From an uncultured Planctomycetia bacterium (GTDB lineage Bacteria; 4484-113; JAGGVC01), in contig CAYMAI010000001.1 of assembly GCA_964388445.1 (NCBI GenBank), forward strand, positions 75,429-139,428: a stretch of 64,000 nucleotides of DNA, written 5' to 3'. The notes under the pieces were generated by a model. The model was not told the origin of the DNA. It searched no databases and saw only the letters and a program-made list of their open reading frames with translations. The position numbers and the translations under genes are program-made. Shown here piece by piece: positions 10,045 to 18,643 of the stretch. Positions within the stretch are counted from its first letter, which is position 1. Every line of letters starts with the position of its first letter.

Positions 10045-11043
10045 CTAAAAGACTTCGCAGGTTTGCATCGAGACGTTGATTAAATTGCCGGACGTGTCTC
10101 TTGCATAAATGTAAACATAATACAGGCCGTTCGTGCCGCGCCCGTCGTCCAAAAGCACCTGCCCCTTAACCGTATTTCCTTCCTGCGATATCGCGAATGT
10201 ATAGTAAGTTTGAATGCTGGACAGCCTTTTTCTACCCTCCGCCGCCTGCTCCAAATATCCTGCGATAGGCTGCGGCGTCGAATACGGCGCAAGATGATTA
10301 TTCAAGTAATCCGCGGTGACCGGCCTCGGCGCGGCTTCCACGCCGACCGCCGCATAAGCAAACGTCAGCCCCGTGTCCAGCCTGCCCGTTACGTTTACAG
10401 CCGGCGGAAACGAATTCGAACGTCTAAGCCTTTGCGGTATGGATTGAAATTCGCCGCGGTCGATAACGAATAGCTGAACGGCGGTTATCACGGTTATGTT
10501 GCCGTGTTTTTCGAGCGCAACGCCGAAACCGAAATGCGTCGCTTCGGGAGTCATAATCGCCTTATAGTGTCCCGGACTTAAAAGCCACCGGCGCTGCACG
10601 TCGCGAATCATTAGCTGGGTAATCGCCGCATCGAAGTTTTCGACCTCCCAATAGCTTACGTTCTCGATAACGATTTTTGTGCCGCCGGCTTCGTTATATC
10701 TCTGAGGCGCCTTTTTGCCTTCCAAATTGTAATGTCCGAGATACCTGTTTCGCGCCATGTCTTCCGCGTGATATTGGGCAACGTTGTTTGCAAGTTTGTC
10801 GATTTTAAGCTTCGCGGCGAGACCTTCTCTTTCCTTTCTGTCGCTGTTGACAAGTTCCAGCATTAGCGCCCGAGCATCTTCAAGACCGATTGCGTCTTTG
10901 GTCGTGCCGTATTGAGCTTCCAGCTTTTCCTGCGTTAGTTTCGATGCGTTCCACTGACGCGATTCCGCTTGGGAATACGCCGCGCCGGATTGAAATGCAA
11001 AAAGCGCGAGGAAAGCCGCAGTAAATACGAACCGGATTAACAT
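10045..11043 (-). CDS. secreted CAP/SCP/PR-1 domain protein
   Basis: N-terminal signal peptide (MLIRFVFTAAFLALFAFQSGAAYSQA). CAP-domain motifs (LGHYNLEGKKAPQRY ... LLSPGHYKAIMTPEATHFGFGVA). Lies 14 nt downstream of fliQ on the same strand. Confidence 0.65.
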   Translation of the reverse strand: MLIRFVFTAAFLALFAFQSGAAYSQAESRQWNASKLTQEKLEAQYGTTKDAIGLEDARALMLELVNSDRKEREGLAAKLKIDKLANNVAQYHAEDMARNRYLGHYNLEGKKAPQRYNEAGGTKIVIENVSYWEVENFDAAITQLMIRDVQRRWLLSPGHYKAIMTPEATHFGFGVALEKHGNITVITAVQLFVIDRGEFQSIPQRLRRSNSFPPAVNVTGRLDTGLTFAYAAVGVEAAPRPVTADYLNNHLAPYSTPQPIAGYLEQAAEGRKRLSSIQTYYTFAISQEGNTVKGQVLLDDGRGTNGLYYVYIYARDTSGNLINVSMQTCEVF

Positions 11044-11056
11044 TTACAATAACCTC

Positions 11057-11329
11057 TTATCGAATATACATCCAAGCGTTTGCGAAAAGGTCGGCGGCAA
11101 ACGCATAGGCGATTTGCCCCATCCAAGGCCCGAAATAAATCAAGGCGAACGCCACCGCGAGAATTTTCGGAATAAACGTCAGAGTCGCTTCCTGTATGCT
11201 TGTTACGGCCTGCAGGATGCTGACCGCGAACCCGACGGCAAGCGTCAAAATTAAAATCGGCAGGCTAATTTGAAGCGCCGTCATGACGGCACGCTGCCCG
11301 GCACCGAGATACAAGTCGCTCATCTCCAA
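11057..11329 (-). CDS. fliQ: flagellar type III export apparatus protein FliQ
   Basis: 90-aa two-helix membrane protein with a FliQ-like sequence (ALQISLPILILTLAVGFAVSILQAVTSIQEATLTFIPKI). Confidence 0.9.
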   Translation of the reverse strand: MEMSDLYLGAGQRAVMTALQISLPILILTLAVGFAVSILQAVTSIQEATLTFIPKILAVAFALIYFGPWMGQIAYAFAADLFANAWMYIR

Positions 11330-11417
11330 CCTCTCGTTCGTATTGGCGGCGATTGAGGCGGCTCGATATTATACCTTGCGCGGCCGGATTTTGCGCGCGC
11401 GCGGGCGTAGCGCACCT

Positions 11418-12227
11418 TCATCCTACATTGAAACTGCGCGCCAAGCTGGCGAAAATCAAATGCCAGCCGTCGGCCATAATAAACAGAAGCAGTTTGAACG
11501 GAAGCGAAATCAGCACGGGCGGAAGCATCAGCATACCCATGCTCATAAGCACGCTCGAAACCACGAGATCTATGACGAGGAATGGTATGAAAATAATGAA
11601 TCCTATTTGAAATGCCGTTTTAAGCTCGCTGATCATAAACGCTGGAATGACGACATAGGTTGGAATGTCGTCGATTGAACGGACGTTTTCGAGCTTTGCC
11701 ATCTGCGCGAAAAGCGCCAGGTCTCGTTTTCTGGTTTGAGCGAGCATGAATTTCCGAAGCGGCGCTTCGGCCTTTTGAATCGCTTCCGCGAATTCTATTT
11801 CGCCCTTCAAATAAGGTTGAACGGCCTGCTGATTGACTTGATAATTGACCGGCGCCATCACGAAAAGCGTAAGAAACAAGGCAAGTCCGATAAGGACTTG
11901 ATTCGGCGGGGCGTGTTGTGTTCCTAAGGCGCTTCTGAGAAGCGACAAAACGACGATTATCCGCGTGAACGGCGTAATCATAATCAATAGGGAAGGAGCG
12001 AGTGTGATAAGCGTAAGAAGAATCAATATTTGCAGTAATCCGACGACGTCGCCCGGTCCTTCCGCCGTTCCAACCTGAAGGTTTACGGACGGCAGCCCCT
12101 GCGCGAAAAGCGGCGTCGCATAGCCGGCAAGAAATAAACCCGCCAATATCGCCAGCGAAAATTTATGCCGTTTTAAGATTCCAGCCGAAAAAGTTTTAAA
12201 ACGGGATTTTTTATTGATCGGAGTCAT
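11418..12227 (-). CDS. fliP: flagellar type III export apparatus protein FliP
   Basis: FliP-like core ([44 protein letters not shown]) with an N-terminal signal-like segment. Overlaps fliO by 17 nt. Confidence 0.9.
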   Translation of the reverse strand: MTPINKKSRFKTFSAGILKRHKFSLAILAGLFLAGYATPLFAQGLPSVNLQVGTAEGPGDVVGLLQILILLTLITLAPSLLIMITPFTRIIVVLSLLRSALGTQHAPPNQVLIGLALFLTLFVMAPVNYQVNQQAVQPYLKGEIEFAEAIQKAEAPLRKFMLAQTRKRDLALFAQMAKLENVRSIDDIPTYVVIPAFMISELKTAFQIGFIIFIPFLVIDLVVSSVLMSMGMLMLPPVLISLPFKLLLFIMADGWHLIFASLARSFNVG

Positions 12228-12897
12228 CGCCTGCTCCTTTCATTTTTCTGCGCATCTCGCTCAGCTTTTCTTCGAACAATCCCGTTACGCTTTCCTCTTC
12301 CAATCCTTCCGCTTCGGCTGCACCCGTCATGCCTTCATCGCCGCCAAGCTCGGTTGCCGGAAATCTGTCGAGCGCAGTAATTCCGGCGGAGGAAACACCT
12401 AGCAAAATCATCCGGTTTCCCGCTTTTAAAAGCACCGCCTGTTTGCCTGCGCCGAGAGAAATCGTCTCGATTATTTTAAGCTGGCGTCCCGCAGTAAAAA
12501 CCGTGCCGGATTTTGTGAACCTCTTCGCCGCCCATACGGCAACGAACAAAAGCCCGAGTACGAACAAAGCGCCAGCCGTAGCTCTCCAAGGGCTGAATGT
12601 TTCTATCTTCGTATCGGGCAAATCTGGCGGCAAATAATCGTCCTGAAACACCCGCTCATCGCCAGTAGCTGGCAGCACATCAGTTTCTGCAGATTCCGCC
12701 GCGGATTCCTCATCCGGCGCGGCCGTTTCGGAGTCGGTTGAAGGCTCCTCCTCCTGAGCGAATGCCAAACTGGAGAGAATTGTTGACAACTGTTGAGGAT
12801 TGTTGAAAATTTGCGGTGTTTGCGCGCTTAATGAAAGCGTCATGGCAAAAGAAATACACGCCGTAATTAAAAAGCGACGCACAGAACGCTCCCGCAA
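12211..12897 (-). CDS. fliO: flagellar biosynthesis protein FliO/FliZ-like
   Basis: Position immediately upstream of fliP. Single-TM topology ([19 protein letters not shown]) with an acidic linker. Low sequence conservation is expected for this family. Confidence 0.6.
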   Translation of the reverse strand: MRERSVRRFLITACISFAMTLSLSAQTPQIFNNPQQLSTILSSLAFAQEEEPSTDSETAAPDEESAAESAETDVLPATGDERVFQDDYLPPDLPDTKIETFSPWRATAGALFVLGLLFVAVWAAKRFTKSGTVFTAGRQLKIIETISLGAGKQAVLLKAGNRMILLGVSSAGITALDRFPATELGGDEGMTGAAEAEGLEEESVTGLFEEKLSEMRRKMKGAGDDSDQ

Positions 12898-12956
12898 TAG
12901 GATGACGGCGAATTATATCATATAGCGTGCAACCGAGGTCAATACAAACTTGAATT

Positions 12957-13970
12957 CTAGTCGGGCTGGCTCATCGTAAGCTGTTGAAGCCGTTCTTCGG
13001 GCGTTAGTATGGAGGAAATCCGGACACCGAAATTTTCATCGATAACGACAACTTCGCCTTTGGCGAAATACTTGCCGTTTATAAGTAAATCCACGGGCTC
13101 TCCGGCGAGCTTATCAAGCGTAATTAAAGAACCTTGCCCGTACTCCAGCACTTGTTTTATGGGCACTCGCGCCCTGCCTAGCAAAACCGTCAAGCTGAGC
13201 GGAACATCCAGTAAGACATCGATGTTCCTCGGCGAATGTGTTACCTTTCGGTCCGGCAATTCCGAAAACTGCGCCGGCCTATAAGTAACTTCCGGTTCCG
13301 GCATTGTGAGATCGCGCAGCGGGTCGAAATCGTCGCCCCCGACGCCTGCGCCGCCGAATTCGGATTCGGCCTGGCTCTGCGAATATGCGCCCGCCACCGC
13401 CGCTCCGATAATTATTCTAATGTTCCATCGTTCTTCACTATCCACGGAAAAATTCGCGGTAGTGAAGATTAAATCTCCGGAAATCGCCGAAGCTATGGCG
13501 GACGAGTGCCCGGTTTCGTACGGCGACACCGGAGTAACCTGCGTGTCTTCGTTTCCGGTAAAACCGATTCCGACGCGGCCAAGGATTTGCCCCACTATTT
13601 CGCCGGTCGCGGTAAGCCGCATTTCCCCGATCGGTTTATCCAAGTCTTCGTCCATCGGCTGACCCGTTATCACGTTTGCGATTTTTTTGACTACCGGGGA
13701 TTCGAGCGCCAAAAAAGCCGGCCGGCTTTCGTCCATCGGTATCGTCGTGCCGAACACCACATCCGAAGATGAAAGCAGCGCGTCTAGTTCCGAGCTTTTC
13801 GCAGGTACAATATCCATCCCTTCGAACGCGCACCTTACGCCGATAATCGCGGATATAATCGACGCGACGCCGTCCAGTGTTTTCGACATTACGGGTTTAA
13901 GCGCCTGAATTTTTTCGCCAATTCCGCCGCCCATGCCTGTCTGATTTTGAAAATCGCTAGACGCGCACAT
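12957..13970 (-). CDS. fliY: flagellar motor switch protein FliY (CheC-like N-terminal domain + FliN/SpoA C-terminal domain)
   Basis: C-terminal FliN/SpoA motif (LDVPLSLTVLLGRARVPIKQVLEYGQGSLITLDKLAGEPVDLLINGKYFAKGEVVVIDENFGVRI). Overall length ~340 aa with an N-terminal CheC-like region. Overlaps fliM by 14 nt, so the start is uncertain. Confidence 0.75.
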   Translation of the reverse strand: MCASSDFQNQTGMGGGIGEKIQALKPVMSKTLDGVASIISAIIGVRCAFEGMDIVPAKSSELDALLSSSDVVFGTTIPMDESRPAFLALESPVVKKIANVITGQPMDEDLDKPIGEMRLTATGEIVGQILGRVGIGFTGNEDTQVTPVSPYETGHSSAIASAISGDLIFTTANFSVDSEERWNIRIIIGAAVAGAYSQSQAESEFGGAGVGGDDFDPLRDLTMPEPEVTYRPAQFSELPDRKVTHSPRNIDVLLDVPLSLTVLLGRARVPIKQVLEYGQGSLITLDKLAGEPVDLLINGKYFAKGEVVVIDENFGVRISSILTPEERLQQLTMSQPD

Positions 13971-14958
13971 CTTTTAGTTTCTCCTCAGGATTAACGATTA
14001 TCCTCGATACGAGCGCTGCGGCCGCTCCGTTACTTAGCCCCGGCGTTGCGGAAAATTTCACTCTGTCCCCGACAAGCACATCCAATTCGTCCGCAATTTT
14101 CGACTCCAGCCTGATTATGTCACCCTTGTCGAGTTCGAGAATATCTCCGAAATTGAGTTGCGCCCGCCCCAAAATAACTTCGATGTTGACTCTGGTTTCG
14201 CGAAGCGCGCCGAGAAGCAGCGCCCGGCTTTCTTCCGTCGCGCCGCGTCCTGACGCAAACAGGAATTGCTGAGTCAGGTGGGCAAGAACCGGTTCGAGTA
14301 CGACGTACGGATAGCAAATGTTAATCACGCCGGTCAAATCGCCGATTTTGGCTTCCAGCGATAGCAGAAGCACCATATCGCTGGGCGGAACGATTTGTAC
14401 GAACATCGGGTTGCTTTCCACCGAAACCATTTCGGGATAGAACTCGGTCATGCTAATCCAGGCTTCTTTGAGAAAAACCAGCGCTTCTTCCACGAGAGTG
14501 GTTACGATTCGCTTTTCAATGTCGGTAAGCTCGCGCATCCGCTGATTTGCGCTTCCATGTCCGCCGAGTAGCCGGTCGATCATGGGAAACGCGATTGCCG
14601 GCGAAAACTCGATTATCGCCCGCCCTTCGAGGGGAGGCAGTCCGAATATGCAAATAACCGATGGGTCGGGCATGGATAACAGGAATTCCTGATAGGTAAG
14701 CTGGTCCACGCTCACGACGCTCATACTGACAAGGTTGCGAAGCATTCCCGAAAGCGAACTCGCCCAAAGCCTGCCGAAAGTTTCGTGAAGCATTTGCAAA
14801 GTGCGCAGCTGCTCTTTGCTGAATTTATCCGGCCGCTTGAAGTCGTAAAGCCGTGCCGATGAATCGCCTTCCGAGCGGGAGTCCGTTTGAGTCAAGTCGC
14901 CGGCGTCGAGAGCGTTTAGCAGCGAATCGATTTCGTCTTGAGAAAGTATATCCGTCAA
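13957..14958 (-). CDS. fliM: flagellar motor switch protein FliM
   Basis: N-terminal CheY-P binding peptide (MTDILSQDEIDSLLNAL). Length 333 aa. Operon position. Confidence 0.9.
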   Translation of the reverse strand: MTDILSQDEIDSLLNALDAGDLTQTDSRSEGDSSARLYDFKRPDKFSKEQLRTLQMLHETFGRLWASSLSGMLRNLVSMSVVSVDQLTYQEFLLSMPDPSVICIFGLPPLEGRAIIEFSPAIAFPMIDRLLGGHGSANQRMRELTDIEKRIVTTLVEEALVFLKEAWISMTEFYPEMVSVESNPMFVQIVPPSDMVLLLSLEAKIGDLTGVINICYPYVVLEPVLAHLTQQFLFASGRGATEESRALLLGALRETRVNIEVILGRAQLNFGDILELDKGDIIRLESKIADELDVLVGDRVKFSATPGLSNGAAAALVSRIIVNPEEKLKDVRV

Positions 14959-15191
14959 TGCCGCTCCTCCGGTCCCGCCGCATCCGGCTCAATTCCGTCT
15001 AACACGCCGACGGTGTGTATCCGCCTGCGGAATTCGACGATCCGCTCGACGATTTCCTTGACCGTTTCCTTCGCGACTATGGTTTTGCCGTTTGTGAGCC
15101 GAATTATCGTATCCGGCGCGGCTTCGACCGATTCGATGAGGTCGCTGTTAAGCACCATAGCGTTGCCGCCAAGTTTCGTGATTTCGATCAC
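14955..15191 (-). CDS. flbD: flagellar protein FlbD
   Basis: 78-aa protein MIEITKLGGNAMVLNSDLIESVEAAPDTIIRLTNGKTIVAKETVKEIVERIVEF, typical of the FlbD family, directly after flgE. Confidence 0.85.
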   Translation of the reverse strand: MIEITKLGGNAMVLNSDLIESVEAAPDTIIRLTNGKTIVAKETVKEIVERIVEFRRRIHTVGVLDGIEPDAAGPEERH

Positions 15192-15246
15192 GGCAGGATT
15201 ATAGCAACTTGCCGCCCGGCTTCCATCGTTGCCCGAAATTTGTTAA

Positions 15247-15276
15247 AAGCCGCCGCAGGTTGCCCCGCGGCGGCTT
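15247..15276 (-). terminator. perfect 10-bp-stem hairpin (AAGCCGCCGC-N10-GCGGCGGCTT) 10 nt after the flgE stop; candidate attenuator or partial terminator
   Basis: Inverted repeat read directly from the sequence. On the transcribed strand it is followed by UUAACAAAUUUC (modest U content). Confidence 0.4.
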
Positions 15277-15285
15277 CACTTAAAA

Positions 15286-17577
15286 CTACCGCTTCAGATT
15301 TACGATTTCGGTCAGAATTTCGTCCTGCGCCGTAAAGACCCTGCTATTCGCCTGCAGACCGCGCTGGGCGACTATCAAGCTCGTAAATTCGAGCGCCAAA
15401 TCCACGTTCGATTGTTCGAGATAACCGCCGAAAACGCTGCCCGCTCCGCCTGTATTCGGCCGCAATAGCACTACTTGGCCGCTGTTCGAAGTTTCTCTAA
15501 ACGTCGTGTCGCCCACTCGCGAAAGTCCTTCCGGGTTCGTAAATGTTGCGACCGCCAGCATTGCTATGGGCCTGCGCTGGCCGTTCGAGTAAAAGCCGGT
15601 TATCACGCCGTTTTGGTCCGTTTCGAAATCCGTGAGCACGCCCATCGCATATCCATCCTGGAATCTCGCGGCAGCAGTCGTTTCGCTTGTGAACTGAGTG
15701 ACGCCGGAAATCGGATTACCCCTTCCGTCGAATATCAGTTGAATGCTTGTCGGCTCCGCTCCTTCCGCGTCGAACTGTATGGGATTGATGGGATTCGGCA
15801 CTGTAATTAATCCGGTTTGTCCGAATTCGATTCTTCCGAGGTTGCCCGTGAGAACGATGTGCGGTTCCTTCGGCAAAATCGCTTCCCAATCCCATACGTT
15901 TTCGTTCACGTGAGTAAGCTTGAACGTCAGCTCGTGCGGGTTGCCAAGCGAATCGTAAACGATTCGGCTGGTCGTATGAATAGCCGCGGTGTTCGTGTTC
16001 AAAAACGCTCGACCGGCGGAAAGGTCGTCCACCGACAGAATGACACCCGGAATGAGCGGAAAACTCGCGGTAATGCCTTCGATTTGCTGCTGTATGCTGG
16101 ACAGCTCGCTCGAAACTCCGGCGGGAGAGGTATCTTCCACGAACCGGATGAGCGAAGGCGCGCCGCTCTTCGGCTGAAAGACGTCTTCGATTTTCGCGTT
16201 TATACCGTTGTTGATAGAAATGCCGTTCAGCGGATCTCCATCGCCGTCGGGTATCGAAGAAAAACCGAGCCTGTCGAAAAGCGTAGGCAAGTTCGGGTTC
16301 GCCAGATGGAAAACGTTGTTTTCGCCCTTCAGCTTGTGTGTAATCGTAAGCGTGCCGTTTGCATTCGCGGTTGCCGTGACGTCTATCGACGGCGTGGCGT
16401 TGATAATTTCGGCTATGCGAGCCGCATTGCCCGCAGACGTTCCGGTGTCGCTGAACGAAATACCCGTGCCTGTACCATCGAGGAAAACGGTAATTCCGTT
16501 GATTTCGAATGTGCCCGTCGTTTGCGGTGCGTTCGCCCCGACGCCTACCGAAGTAGTCGTGGTCACTGATGCAGCTTTGCTTTCCGTCACGCTGATTTGG
16601 TGAGTGCCGACCAGAAATTCCCCCGGGTCTGTCGGAGCGGAATAAGTCACGGTTCCCGCCGCAAATCCCGAATACGCCGCCGACGTGTCGCCGTCGATTG
16701 TAAATTGGCTTCCAGAAAATACCGACTGCACGACTATGTATCCTTCGTTGTTGATGTTCCTTACGGTCGCCTGCACTACGGTATTCACCGTCGGATCGGC
16801 GTTTATCCGGTCCGCGATTTCTTGAGCAAGGTCGAGCGAAGTCGTTCCCGTCATACCCGCGAGGCTAATCGAATTTCCTTCGATTACGATGTCTCCCACG
16901 CCCGCATACGAGGTCGCGTCGACGGCCGCGCCTGCCACCGCGATTGCAAACGGCCTTGCCGCGCCGCTTGCCGTGGTTATGCCGGTCGAGCCGAAGCTAA
17001 GCGTGGCTTGGTCAACGCTGCCGTATCTGTCGCTTGCCGCGTTCAAATTGCTCGCGAAGGTCATTTCGCGCGTGGCTCTCGCCTGCAGTTTTTGGCCGAA
17101 GTTTATGACGATGTCGCCGATGCCGCTGTTAGGGCTGATGTTAAGCCCGTCCGGCGTTACTTCGTTGAAACCCTGCACGCGAAATCCGTTGTTCGCCACG
17201 AGCGCGCCGGATGCATCGACTCCGAAATCGCCGGCACGCGAAAAGAGCAGGGTGTTGCCGCTCGAAAGGACGAAAAATCCCTGACCGTTTATCGCAAAGT
17301 CCGTCGAGCGATTCGTGTTCTCGAGCGTGCTTTGCCCGACGATGCTGTGGATTGCGGCGATAGATGCGCCTAGTCCTTTCTGCACGGGGTTAGTACCGCC
17401 GAGTGCGCCTTGCGGTGCGGACGCGCCGCGCAGAGTTTGCGCAAGAAGTTCGGCGAATATGACCGTGCTTGCCTTATATCCCGCGGTGTTGATATTCGCG
17501 ATGTTAGAAGCGATAAGGTCCATCTTGATTTGCTGATTGCGAAGACCGCCCGCCGCCGTGAAAAATGCGCTTGTCAT
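15286..17577 (-). CDS. flgE: flagellar hook protein FlgE (long form, 763 aa, with large central insertion)
   Basis: N-terminal rod/hook motif (SGLRNQQIKMDLIASNIANINTAGYK) and C-terminal motif (VAQRGLQANSRVFTAQDEILTEIVNLKR). A strong RBS (GAGGAGG) is 8 nt upstream of the ATG. Confidence 0.9.
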   Translation of the reverse strand: MTSAFFTAAGGLRNQQIKMDLIASNIANINTAGYKASTVIFAELLAQTLRGASAPQGALGGTNPVQKGLGASIAAIHSIVGQSTLENTNRSTDFAINGQGFFVLSSGNTLLFSRAGDFGVDASGALVANNGFRVQGFNEVTPDGLNISPNSGIGDIVINFGQKLQARATREMTFASNLNAASDRYGSVDQATLSFGSTGITTASGAARPFAIAVAGAAVDATSYAGVGDIVIEGNSISLAGMTGTTSLDLAQEIADRINADPTVNTVVQATVRNINNEGYIVVQSVFSGSQFTIDGDTSAAYSGFAAGTVTYSAPTDPGEFLVGTHQISVTESKAASVTTTTSVGVGANAPQTTGTFEINGITVFLDGTGTGISFSDTGTSAGNAARIAEIINATPSIDVTATANANGTLTITHKLKGENNVFHLANPNLPTLFDRLGFSSIPDGDGDPLNGISINNGINAKIEDVFQPKSGAPSLIRFVEDTSPAGVSSELSSIQQQIEGITASFPLIPGVILSVDDLSAGRAFLNTNTAAIHTTSRIVYDSLGNPHELTFKLTHVNENVWDWEAILPKEPHIVLTGNLGRIEFGQTGLITVPNPINPIQFDAEGAEPTSIQLIFDGRGNPISGVTQFTSETTAAARFQDGYAMGVLTDFETDQNGVITGFYSNGQRRPIAMLAVATFTNPEGLSRVGDTTFRETSNSGQVVLLRPNTGGAGSVFGGYLEQSNVDLALEFTSLIVAQRGLQANSRVFTAQDEILTEIVNLKR

Positions 17578-17707
17578 ACCGTAAACCCTCCTCTGGTTTT
17601 GTATGAAAATACTTCAAACAACGGAAGGCGGATGCTTCGGTCGTTCCGCATCCTTGCGTCCTGCAAACTGCCGGTCCTGCATTTTCCTTCCGGTTCAATC
17701 GAATCTC

Positions 17708-18106
17708 CTAGCCGAAAACTGCACTGTCTATGTTCGTAACCACGCGCTCATCGAGACCGTCCCTTTCGAAGGCGGTTACGACCGTTCGGGTTGGCACATT
17801 GACGATAAGAGCAAATTCATCCATCAAAATCAAGCTGTCGCGCCCGCCTTTTTTTTGCGCCAAATCGACGGCGTTCGCAAGCCTTTCGCCGCGCTCTTGG
17901 CTAATCTCGATTCCGCGGCTAACGAGCCTGCGCTGTGCGTGCGCGCTGAATTTCACTTCCTTTTTTTCCGATAGGGCATCGGACAAATATTCCGCAAATA
18001 CCCTTTTGCCGAATTGCGATTCGGTTCCGTTAGGACGTCCTTCGCTCCGGTCAACCGGACGGCTAGGTCCTACGGGCGGAACAAGTGGCGAAATTTTGTC
18101 GACCAT
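17708..18106 (-). CDS. flagellar operon protein of the flgD-flgE intergenic family (TIGR02530-like)
   Basis: 132-aa protein between flgD and flgE with a VKFSAHAQRRLVSRGIEI motif, as in the small conserved flagellar operon proteins of Firmicutes, Thermotogae and spirochaetes. Partly a context-based call. Confidence 0.5.
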   Translation of the reverse strand: MVDKISPLVPPVGPSRPVDRSEGRPNGTESQFGKRVFAEYLSDALSEKKEVKFSAHAQRRLVSRGIEISQERGERLANAVDLAQKKGGRDSLILMDEFALIVNVPTRTVVTAFERDGLDERVVTNIDSAVFG

Positions 18107-18118
18107 TGGGCTAACTCC

Positions 18119-18643
18119 TTATGCCGCCTGTCCGGTTTCTCCGCCGGGCGCGGTCTCGCCGCCACCCGCCGGTTCATCGGTTCTGACGCTGGTTACTTGA
18201 TTGAGCAGCAAAAGCCTGTCCCCAATGTGAAGCGTGACAACGCCGTCGATCACCTCGATCCAATCCACCTTGCCGGTTATGACTTGCGCGTTGGCATCGA
18301 CCCCTTCGACCCATCTGCCCATCAGGTTGTTTGCTTGAATCAAATCTTGATTGGCCATGAATTGCTGAAAAGTTGTGTTGAGCTCGATCATTTGCTGGAC
18401 GCTGTTCAGCTGGGCAAGTTGAGACAACAGACCGGTCGAATCCATCGGCTTCAAGGGATCCTGCTGCTTCATTTGCTCTATCATAAGCTTGAGGAACATG
18501 TCCTTTTCGCTGACTTCTTTCGGCCCGTTAGCGAATTTCGGCCCTTCCGCGCCCGTGAAATAAGTGGTTCCGTCCGGCTTCTCAACCGAGTTACCTGTGC
18601 TTTGACTAATACTTCTGATTAAATCCATATTCGTCTCCATCAA
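18119..18643 (-). CDS. flgD: flagellar hook capping/assembly protein FlgD
   Basis: FlgD motif FLKLMIEQMKQQDPLKPMDSTGLLSQLAQLNSVQQ. 174 aa. 4-nt overlap with fliK. Confidence 0.85.
   Translation of the reverse strand: MMETNMDLIRSISQSTGNSVEKPDGTTYFTGAEGPKFANGPKEVSEKDMFLKLMIEQMKQQDPLKPMDSTGLLSQLAQLNSVQQMIELNTTFQQFMANQDLIQANNLMGRWVEGVDANAQVITGKVDWIEVIDGVVTLHIGDRLLLLNQVTSVRTDEPAGGGETAPGGETGQAA

Noticed and set aside
15817-17373. Several 130-260-aa ORFs antisense to flgE
   Set aside because: flgE has strong conserved N- and C-terminal motifs on the minus strand. The antisense translations are Arg-rich with no motifs.
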